This document shows, piece after piece, positions 6,277 through 13,355 of a stretch of DNA of 13,355 bases. Numbering within the stretch: the stretch's first letter is position 1; every line of letters begins with the position of its first letter. The translations under genes were made by a program, and so were the position numbers. The stretch comes from Armatimonadota bacterium. Its GTDB lineage: Bacteria > Armatimonadota > Zipacnadia > Zipacnadales > UBA5352. A model generated the notes under the pieces. The model did not search any database. It saw only the letters and a program-made list of their open reading frames with translations, and was not told the origin of the DNA. The stretch is taken from positions 1 to 13,355 of the forward strand of contig JAYENL010000056.1 in the NCBI GenBank assembly GCA_034722055.1. Direction: 5' to 3'.

Positions 6277-7662
6277 ATGGCTGAACAGCACCACGACATC
6301 GGGGAAGAACAGCGGAACAACGTCGGGCCAGCTACACGGGACGAGCAGGCCCACTTCTTGGGCTACGGGCCAGAGTTGGACACGCGCCAGGCGGAGGAGC
6401 TGGCAGAGGAGTATCATGCGGCGTGGCTGGCTGCGCTGGGGCTGCCAGTTGATGAGATAGCAGCGCGGATGGACGTCTCACGGGCCACGGTCTACCGGCT
6501 GCTCAAGTCCGCCGAGAAGGATCATGGTCTGCTGGATACCCGGCCGCGGGTGGCGCTGCCGGTCGGGGAGGGCGCGGAGCTTCTGTGGCAGCGGGTCGAG
6601 CGCACCGATCTGGGGCGGCAGGTGAAGACACGGCTCGACCAGCGCTATGGAAGCGATACCGCGCCGCGGGAGGTGTTGGTGGCACCCACGGCCAGCCTGA
6701 CCGAGACCGAGCAGGGCGAGCGCAGGAACATACAGGTCGTGCGGCGGGTGGCGCGTGTTGGCGCGCGACGCCTGATGCGGGGGCTGCTGCAGGAGGAAAG
6801 CCCCGTCCGAATCTGCGGCATCAACTGGGGCTTTCACTGCTGGCGCCTCAGTCACTCCCTCCCCGGCGAGCTGTTTGCGCGCCTATCGATGGAGCGGGCC
6901 CGGGACCTGCGCTTCTTCCCGCTGGTGGGCAGCATAGGCCTGATCGACGAGGATCGGGAGCACTACATCGCGGACACCTCCGCCAACTCGAACGCCGAGC
7001 GGTGCGTCGAGAACCTCAGCCGCTACGGGCTGGAGCCGGGCGCACATGCCCAGCGCGACACCGAGTCCCCCATCCCACCGGCGATCGAGCTGACCCAGCC
7101 CTGTGTCATCCCCTTTCCGGTGGACAACAGAGACCACGGGACGTACCTGGAGCAGGTGTGGCGCTACATCGCCTCGGACGTCTCGGTGCAGGCGGTCTTC
7201 GGCGAGGAATGGGCGCTGGCCCAGCTCCACGGTACCGATATGCCGGCACACGACCCTGCTCACGGCCCCCTGCTGCATCGAGCCGACACCCTCATCACTG
7301 GATTGAGCACTGTCCGTGACTCGCGCGCTGTCCGCATCGGCGCTATCGCCGAGCAGTTGGCCGAGCAGGCACGGGAGGCGAGGGCGGTGGGGGAGCTCTC
7401 GGCGCATTACTTCTGTGAAGCGGCGGAGGAGCCCGCGCGTCGCGAGGCGCTTCGCCGGGTCAATCGCTGGGTTGTGGCGCCCACCATCTCCGACTACCAG
7501 CAGTGTACGATACGCGCCCGGCAGACCGGCAGGGGGCTCGGGACTGTGCTGCTGGCCAGCTTCAGTCGCAAGACCGCCGCGGTGGACGCAGCAATCAGCC
7601 GTGGCGCTGCCAACGTCCTGGTGTGCGACGAGGAGCTGGCGAAATCACTGCTGGAGCTGTAG
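6277..7662 (+). CDS. SorC/CggR/LsrR-family sugar-phosphate-binding transcriptional regulator
   Basis: N-terminal HTH 'AAWLAALGLPVDEIAARMDVSRATVYRLLKSA'; sugar-binding domain motifs 'GINWG', 'FPLVGSIG', 'ADTLITG', 'AVGELSAHYF' and 'KTAAVDAAISRGAANVLVCDEELAKSLL'. ATG 6277 follows GGAGG. Confidence 0.85.
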   Translation: MAEQHHDIGEEQRNNVGPATRDEQAHFLGYGPELDTRQAEELAEEYHAAWLAALGLPVDEIAARMDVSRATVYRLLKSAEKDHGLLDTRPRVALPVGEGAELLWQRVERTDLGRQVKTRLDQRYGSDTAPREVLVAPTASLTETEQGERRNIQVVRRVARVGARRLMRGLLQEESPVRICGINWGFHCWRLSHSLPGELFARLSMERARDLRFFPLVGSIGLIDEDREHYIADTSANSNAERCVENLSRYGLEPGAHAQRDTESPIPPAIELTQPCVIPFPVDNRDHGTYLEQVWRYIASDVSVQAVFGEEWALAQLHGTDMPAHDPAHGPLLHRADTLITGLSTVRDSRAVRIGAIAEQLAEQAREARAVGELSAHYFCEAAEEPARREALRRVNRWVVAPTISDYQQCTIRARQTGRGLGTVLLASFSRKTAAVDAAISRGAANVLVCDEELAKSLLEL

Positions 7663-7821
7663 CCGGCAGCCGCCACCCGTAATCCTGGTGTCACGGCTAA
7701 CGGGCCGTGCTTCAGCGCCGCCGGCGGCAGCCCGTGGCGGTCCCAGTGGCCCAAGAGGCTTTGCGGCGCCGGAGCCGCGGCGGAGCATCCGGCGACCGTC
7801 GTGGAGGGAGGCCCCGGCCCC

Positions 7822-8823
7822 TTACGCGAAGTGATCCCAGCCGCCGCGCGGAAGGTCGATGCTCTCGCCGCACTCGTCGAGGGCTGCCACGCCCTCGCCC
7901 TCCTCCACGCGGCCCACCACGCTCAGCCCCACCTCCACGACCGCGGGGAGCTTGCGCAGGGCCTCGACGGCTCCGGCGCCGAGCGCCATCAGCAGCTCGA
8001 AGTCCTCCCCGCCCGCCAGCGCCCAGCGCCGCGCGTCGCACCCCAGCTCCCTGGCAAGCGCCACGCACCCCGTGACTGCCGGGACGCGCTCGGCCTCGAT
8101 GACGGCGCGCACTCCGCTGCGCCGGGCGATGTGCCCGGCGTCCTGCACCAGCCCGTCGCTGATGTCGATCGCTGCGGCGGCCAGCCCCGAGGCGGCGATG
8201 GCTCGGCCGGCCGCGATGCGTGGCTCCGGATGCGCGAAGCGCCGCCGGATCTCGGCCAGCTCCTCGCACTCGAGGGCGTCAGCTCCCAGCGCCTGAAGGG
8301 CCGCGATGGCCGCTGCCGGCCCGCCCAAGGCCCCCGTGACTGCCAGCACCTGGCCGGGCCGTGCGCCGTCGCGGGTGAGCTGCTGGCCGGGAGGGACCAG
8401 GCCCAGCGCCATGATGTCCACCAGCAGGCGCTCGGAGGCGATCACATCCCCTCCGGTCAGGGCGCCTCCGGCGCTCTCTGCGGCATCGGCGATTCCCCGC
8501 AGCAGCGCCTCGGCGCGCTCGACCGGCCACTCGGGCGGCAGGCCGACGGTGCAGAACACCGAGGCCGGGGCCGCGCCCATCGCCGCCAGGTCGCTAAGCG
8601 CCCCGGAGGCCGCGCGCCAGCCGACCCGCTCCGCCGAGAGCCACTCGAGCCGGAAGTGCCGATCCTCCAGCATGGCGTCGGTGGTCACCGCCACCAGCTC
8701 CGGCCCTCCCAGGTCCAGCAGCGCCGCGTCGTCGCCGATGCCCACCACGGTCCTGGGATCGCCGCTGGCCATGCTGGCGATGCGGTCGATGAACCCGAAC
8801 TCCCCGATGTCGCGAAGACGCAT
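7822..8823 (-). CDS. thiL: Thiamine-monophosphate kinase
   Basis: 'MRLRDIGEFGFIDRI', 'GIGDDAA', 'TTDAMLEDRHF', 'LSDLAAMGA', 'GGD', 'IDISDGL', 'GGEDFEL', C-terminal 'GWDHF'. GGAGG RBS before ATG 8823. Confidence 0.96.
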   Translation of the reverse strand: MRLRDIGEFGFIDRIASMASGDPRTVVGIGDDAALLDLGGPELVAVTTDAMLEDRHFRLEWLSAERVGWRAASGALSDLAAMGAAPASVFCTVGLPPEWPVERAEALLRGIADAAESAGGALTGGDVIASERLLVDIMALGLVPPGQQLTRDGARPGQVLAVTGALGGPAAAIAALQALGADALECEELAEIRRRFAHPEPRIAAGRAIAASGLAAAAIDISDGLVQDAGHIARRSGVRAVIEAERVPAVTGCVALARELGCDARRWALAGGEDFELLMALGAGAVEALRKLPAVVEVGLSVVGRVEEGEGVAALDECGESIDLPRGGWDHFA

Positions 8824-9011
8824 CTCAGTGCCTCCCCGAGCGTCCGTGCTCACGTCTCGGAGTTCGCTGAGGGAGTGCCAACTCCCTGCGCGCCGGCGCG
8901 GGAGGAGAGTCCGGTACGAGCGTGGGGAAGGAGCGGACCGGCGTCGAATGGAAGTCAGGAGGTGATGGCCAGCACAGGGCGCGTACATGGCACTATCGGA
9001 GCGTGACTGAC

Positions 9012-10487
9012 ATGGTCGCCGGGGCGTGGGGGCGGCTCCTAGGAGATGTACGCGGTGGCCCCCGTTGGGGGCTTGGGATGCTCGTGACGGCGGCGGCCGT
9101 AGTGTCGTGTCTCACTGCCACCTTGGCGGCAGCGGAGCTGGAGATCGACCCCGAGCATCCCTACTTCTTCCGAGATGGGGACAGGCACGTCTATCTCCTC
9201 GGGGCCTCTGACGACCAGGCTCTCTTCCTGTGGGAGAATGACAAAGGCTTCGACTGGCGGGAATACCTGGAGACGCTTCACGCGCACGGTTTCAACTACG
9301 TAAGGCAGTATGTCACCGCGTGGAACTCCGTGGACACTCCCCGGGAGTATCCAGCGCAGTTCTCAAGCCCGCTATGGGTCTTCGCTCGGCCGGGGCCAGG
9401 GACGGCTCGCGACGGCAAGCCCAAGTTTAATTTGACGCGCTTCAATGGGGAGTACTTCGGCCAGCGCATCAGACCATTCCTTGCCTGCGCCCGCGAGCTG
9501 GGTATCTACGTAGAGCTGACTCTCTTCGCCCGCACCGACCGGGGGACCTGGCCTGGCTGTCTGTACAGCGACCGCAACAATGTCAATGAGCTGGGGCTGC
9601 AGCCACGCCAGCCCGAATCCGACCGGGCCCTGCAGAACGAGCCACTGCTGGCGATCCAGGAGGCCTACGTGTCCAGGGTCCTGGCAGAGACCGCCGAGTT
9701 CGGAAACGTCATATATGAGATCGCTAACGAGACCGGCGGGCACAAGTGGGTCACGCACTTCGTGGACTTCATCCACAACCACCCGGAGCATCCGTCCCAC
9801 CTTGTGTCGGCGGGAGAGCAGATGACGGCCTACGATCCAGTCGCGGGCCCCAACGACATTGTCATCAAGCACCGAGGATGGGGACGGGGAGGCGGCCTCT
9901 ACGCCACGGATGCCCACGTCAAGACCCATCACGACGTCCTCCTGAAGTTCCGAACGGGCAAGCCCATCATCCACAACGAGTTCTTTCTCTACGCCAACCA
10001 GAGCACCGATGACCCGAACTTCGTCCGCAAGATGATGTGGGGCGATTTCACAGCCGCCGGCCACTGCAACTTCTCCGACTTCGCGCACTTCAGGGGAACC
10101 GGCCGGACCATGGACGAGGGCGATCCCGCTCAGCCGCCGCCCCGGGAGATCCTGGAGGGTGGCCGGCACCTCCGCTCCTTCATCGATCGCGTGCCCTTCT
10201 GGCAGATGCGGCCCGCCGACGAGTGTGTCGCGAAGCCGGGTCCGCAGATGCATGCTATGGCGCTGGCCGCCGCCGGGCGATGCTACGTGGTCTACCTGCT
10301 GGGTGGGCCGGTGAGGGCGCTGAGGATGACGGTTCCGGGCGGCGGGTACATCGCGCGATGGTACGACCCCAAGACGGGGCGATTGGGGGAAGCGATCCCG
10401 GTCAGAGCGCGCAACGGGGAGCTGACCCTCTCTGTCCCCGGCTTCGAGCAGGACATCGTGCTGTGGATGCACAGGCCGGGGCCTTAG
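9012..10487 (+). CDS. Secreted clan GH-A-like TIM-barrel glycoside hydrolase (DUF4038/GH140-like) with C-terminal putative collagen-binding-type beta domain
   Basis: Signal peptide ending '...TATLAAA'; 'HGFNYVR', 'ARELGIYVEL', acid/base-like 'NVIYEIANE', nucleophile-like 'PIIHNE', C-terminal 'ARWYDPKTG...DIVL'. Start uncertain (9012 or 9078). Confidence 0.75.
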   Translation: MVAGAWGRLLGDVRGGPRWGLGMLVTAAAVVSCLTATLAAAELEIDPEHPYFFRDGDRHVYLLGASDDQALFLWENDKGFDWREYLETLHAHGFNYVRQYVTAWNSVDTPREYPAQFSSPLWVFARPGPGTARDGKPKFNLTRFNGEYFGQRIRPFLACARELGIYVELTLFARTDRGTWPGCLYSDRNNVNELGLQPRQPESDRALQNEPLLAIQEAYVSRVLAETAEFGNVIYEIANETGGHKWVTHFVDFIHNHPEHPSHLVSAGEQMTAYDPVAGPNDIVIKHRGWGRGGGLYATDAHVKTHHDVLLKFRTGKPIIHNEFFLYANQSTDDPNFVRKMMWGDFTAAGHCNFSDFAHFRGTGRTMDEGDPAQPPPREILEGGRHLRSFIDRVPFWQMRPADECVAKPGPQMHAMALAAAGRCYVVYLLGGPVRALRMTVPGGGYIARWYDPKTGRLGEAIPVRARNGELTLSVPGFEQDIVLWMHRPGP

Positions 10488-10720
10488 CCTATGCATTAGC
10501 CACAATGTGTTCGGAGCCAAAGGCTGCAAGCTAACTTCGCGGCAAGTCAGATGGAGGGGCCGTCGCGCAGCGAAGCAAGCGATGCGATGGTGTGAGCGCA
10601 TGAGCACCGTCGCAGGTTCCACCCCGGCCCATGTCGTTCCTGACGGCGAACGGCAGGTGGCCGGTGCGTCGCGGGTGAAACCGTCTCGCCACGCCCAGAC
10701 CAGCCTGACAGGAGGAACTC

Positions 10721-11857
10721 ATGCACAGGCCCATGCTGGCGTTGCTGGCGATGGTGGCGTGCGGAAGCTGTGCCGCCATGCCCCTGCTGGTGAATGTCCG
10801 ACACGATCTGGTGCGGGAGGGCATCTTCGAGCGCAACCCGGCCGGGGACGGGGAGACCGATGACAGTCCCGCCATCCAGGCGGCCATCGACCACGTCGCA
10901 GAGCGCGGCGGTGGCATGGTCTTCGTCCCGCCTGGCACCTACCGCATCGCCGGGGTGGCGATCCCCGCGGGGGTGACGCTCAGCGGCGCCGGCCCGGAGC
11001 GGACCATCTTCCGCGCGCTGCACAGCTCTCCGATGCTGCTGCCCACCGGCGGGACGCTCCGGGGCTTCACGGCCTACGGGACGCCCACCGAGGAGGTCTC
11101 CGGCGCCGGCTGGGAGATCACCACCGAGCCTGGTAGCGGCGGCACCGCCACCTGTTCCCACATCATCATGGTCCGCGACGCGGAGGCCGTGCGCATCCAG
11201 AACGTGCACGTCATGGAGTCCCGCTACGACTGCCTCTATGTGCGGGGCTCACGCGGGCTGCGCGTGGTCAACTGCCGCTTTGACCGCGCGGGGAGAAACA
11301 TCGTCTCGATGGTGGGCAATGACGAGGACTTCGTCTTCGAGGCCTGCCACTTCGGCTCGCTCTGGCGCCTGTATCACTTCGACATCGAGCCCGCCGGCGG
11401 CCGCTGGGTCCGCGACGGCCTCTTCCTGGGCTGCACCTTCGACGGCACGCGCGCCGGCGAGCGCGGCTCCGACACCTGGGGCGCCATGCTCATCCTCACC
11501 GCCCACGAGGAGCTGGAGAGCCGCGACATCACCATCGCCGGCTGCGTCTTCCACGACATCAGCCTCCGCGTCAACGGCGTCTTCCCCGGCGTCCGGCTGC
11601 TGGGCAACGTGCTCGACGGCCACGGACCGTTCTTTCTGCGCGTGGAGACCAACCCCGTGGGCGAGCTGCGCGACGCGGCGATCAGGGACAACACCTTTCT
11701 CGACGGCGACGAGCCCGCCCAGCGACTGCGCAGCGGCGTGACCTTCACCGGCAGCACGGTCTTTGCGGGGAACACCCCGGCGCCCTTCAACGACGTGCCG
11801 CTCGACGAGCCCGCCACGCTTCAGGAGGCGGCGGAGGACAGGGCCGGGGATCAGTAG
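10721..11857 (+). CDS. Secreted right-handed parallel beta-helix protein (pectate lyase-3/GH28-like N-terminus)
   Basis: Signal peptide; 'AGDGETDDSPAIQAAID...GGGMVFVPPGTYRI'; repeated beta-helix turns ('VVNCRF', 'FEACHF', 'IAGCVF', 'IRDNTF'); AGGAGG RBS. Confidence 0.88.
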   Translation: MHRPMLALLAMVACGSCAAMPLLVNVRHDLVREGIFERNPAGDGETDDSPAIQAAIDHVAERGGGMVFVPPGTYRIAGVAIPAGVTLSGAGPERTIFRALHSSPMLLPTGGTLRGFTAYGTPTEEVSGAGWEITTEPGSGGTATCSHIIMVRDAEAVRIQNVHVMESRYDCLYVRGSRGLRVVNCRFDRAGRNIVSMVGNDEDFVFEACHFGSLWRLYHFDIEPAGGRWVRDGLFLGCTFDGTRAGERGSDTWGAMLILTAHEELESRDITIAGCVFHDISLRVNGVFPGVRLLGNVLDGHGPFFLRVETNPVGELRDAAIRDNTFLDGDEPAQRLRSGVTFTGSTVFAGNTPAPFNDVPLDEPATLQEAAEDRAGDQ

Positions 11858-11876
11858 CAAGCGGCGTCGTTAAACG

Positions 11877-11907
11877 GCGCAGGGCCCGCCGGGAGCGGGC
11901 CCTGCGC
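11877..11907 (+). terminator. Perfect 13-bp hairpin after the beta-helix gene (probable terminator)
   Basis: GCGCAGGGCCCGC-cggga-GCGGGCCCTGCGC, 19 nt after the stop. The U-tract is weak. Confidence 0.6.
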
Positions 11908-12366
11908 ACTGCATTGATGAGGAGCGACACGAGACGAACTGTACAGTAGGTCTGATGCGAGCGAATTCTCAGTCTGCCATCCGTCGGGGCTTCGGCCCAG
12001 GCCCCTGGTCGGCCAATGACCGTCGTCCCGGTAAGTGTCTGAAGCGAGGGCGGAGTGTGTGCCTGTCACGTGAAGGAGGGAGGGTTGGAACCTTCGCGTG
12101 GATCACACAGCCGTCGCTATCGCTACAGGCCTTCCTCCGCCCTCGCATACTATTCGACGTAGTAGCCTCATGAAAGGTTCAACCTGAAAGCAAAAAACTT
12201 GAGCCATTCCGACCACGGCCCTCAGGGCCTTTCCTGCGCCCCTTCATCCCCAGCGACGGGCCAGTGGGCCGCTCCCCCGCGTCACAAGCGATCTCCCTGG
12301 GAGGGCTGCGGAGGCCGGGCGTCCACCGACATAGGCAAAGGATTCCAAAAGTGACGAAATCTTGGT

Positions 12367-12395
12367 TTGACGCAGGCCCATGGTTCTGCTATAAG
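12367..12395 (+). promoter_or_regulatory. sigma70-type promoter with extended -10
   Basis: TTGACG (12367-12372), 17-nt spacer, TATAAG (12390-12395) preceded by TGn; about 40 nt before the prepilin-like gene. Confidence 0.6.
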
Positions 12396-12437
12396 TTATG
12401 GGGCTATGAACTGATTCTCTATCCACGGAGGTGCACG

Positions 12438-13094
12438 ATGCGCAAGGGCTTTACGCTGATCGAGCTGTTAGTCGTCATCGCGATCATCGCGATACTGGCA
12501 GCCATTCTCTTCCCGGTCTTCGCGCGAGCGCGCGAGAAGGCCAAGCAGACGAGCTGTCTCTCCAACGTCAAGCAGCTCATGACCGCGTGCAGGATGTACG
12601 TCGGTGACTATGACGACAACTTCTGCTGGGCGTACCATCAGCCCGGCGCGGTCGAGACGCGCTACTGGTTCAACAAGTGGCTGCCCTATGTGAAGAACAA
12701 GGAGGTGTTCGTCTGCCCCTCCTCGCCCAATCTCAGGTATCGGGGGTATGGCAACTACGGCTACAACATCCGAGGACTGCCGGGCCAGAATACCTCAACC
12801 GGCTATGACGGCTTCGGCTACTACTACGCCGACCATGACACCTGGAACAACGGGGTTGTAAACCTGTCGGACGTGGAGTTTCCTGCCGAGGCCATCGTCC
12901 TGGGTGACCAAAGCGCCAGGGACTACAGCGGGGATGGTCTGTATCTGATCACCTACAGCGTCCTGAACTTCCTGCCCGACGTGCATAACGGTGGCGGTAA
13001 CTACGGCTTCGTTGACGGTCACGCCAAGTGGCTGAAGCCCGAGACTGTGCACGGCGACCCCATCTGCCTGGCCACCCGCAAGGGCATGCCCTGA
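12438..13094 (+). CDS. Prepilin-type N-terminal cleavage/methylation protein with C-terminal H-X9-DG motif (DUF1559-like)
   Basis: '[47 protein letters not shown]', 'VFVCPS', '[16 protein letters not shown]'. GGAGGTG RBS before ATG 12438. Confidence 0.95.
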   Translation: MRKGFTLIELLVVIAIIAILAAILFPVFARAREKAKQTSCLSNVKQLMTACRMYVGDYDDNFCWAYHQPGAVETRYWFNKWLPYVKNKEVFVCPSSPNLRYRGYGNYGYNIRGLPGQNTSTGYDGFGYYYADHDTWNNGVVNLSDVEFPAEAIVLGDQSARDYSGDGLYLITYSVLNFLPDVHNGGGNYGFVDGHAKWLKPETVHGDPICLATRKGMP

Positions 13095-13292
13095 GCGAAG
13101 CCGCGCGATGGCACTCGGCGCCGGATAGGTCGCGAGCCTGCCCGGCGCTTCGTCACGTAGCACATCAGGCCCGCCCGGCATCGACCACAATCGCTGCCAA
13201 CCTGCGGCCCCCGGATGCAGGAGCGAGTCCGTCGGCGCGGAAACTACTCCTCGCGGGCGCACCCCGACCGACCGCGAGGAAGGTGCCAGGCC

Positions 13293-13355
13293 ATGCCCCG
13301 GGAGCACGCGCGCCACCCCAACATCATCTTCATCATGGCCGACGACATGGGCTTC
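13293..13355 (+). CDS. Sulfatase (arylsulfatase-like), N-terminus only, truncated by the window edge
   Basis: Translates as MPREHARHPNIIFIMADDMGF, the sulfatase N-terminal 'PNI...ADD.G' motif. GAGGAAGG lies upstream. Confidence 0.85.
   Translation, partial: MPREHARHPNIIFIMADDMGF

Noticed and set aside
2994..8823. Reading E1 + Ubl + thiL as a thiamine-biosynthesis (ThiF/ThiS) cluster
   Set aside because: The Ubl lacks the ThiS GG terminus, there is no thiG/thiO/thiE, the E1 is coupled to E2, RING and JAB, and thiL is a separate unit beyond the regulator. The proximity looks coincidental.
8824..9011. TPP riboswitch upstream of thiL
   Set aside because: The conserved CUGAGA...CCUGA...UAA...GCGnAGG arrangement is not visible on the minus strand.
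10625..10715. Partial resemblance to ZTP (pfl) or cobalamin riboswitch motifs
   Set aside because: The key elements (GACUGGCG...CCACCGGGGAG...GCCUGGGC, or a B12 box) are missing, and the downstream gene does not fit either ligand.
12330..12365. c-di-GMP-I (GEMM)-like GGCAAA...GACG.AA motif
   Set aside because: The required P2 stem is not formed, and the motif lies upstream of the predicted promoter.
7801..13316. Antisense ORFs 7801-9006, 9372-10622, 10547-11209, 11249-11860 and 12795-13316
   Set aside because: They mirror recognisable genes on the opposite strand and have no independent coding signal.
1..13355. CRISPR array, tRNA/rRNA, IS element or integrase
   Set aside because: No regularly spaced repeats, cloverleaf structures, or transposase/recombinase motifs were seen.

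Overview
GC-rich bacterial window, probably from Armatimonadota (inferred from the style of the prepilin-like '[12 protein letters not shown]...H-X9-DG' gene). The left half (159-6023, minus strand) is a tightly coupled operon behind a consensus sigma70 promoter. It encodes an apparently complete eukaryote-like ubiquitin-type conjugation system: an FHA-like/RING-type Zn-finger protein (candidate E3), a ThiF/E1 enzyme, a UBC/E2 enzyme, an orphan protein, a beta-grasp ubiquitin-like modifier ending in -G-N and a JAB/MPN+ isopeptidase. These are followed by an ARC/Mpa/PAN-type proteasomal AAA+ ATPase split into two same-frame ORFs by one TAA that sits inside a strong Shine-Dalgarno sequence. A SorC-family regulator is transcribed divergently. 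The right half is more ordinary: thiL, two secreted carbohydrate-active proteins, a prepilin-like gene and the start of a sulfatase. All family calls come from reading motifs by eye; no database search was run.
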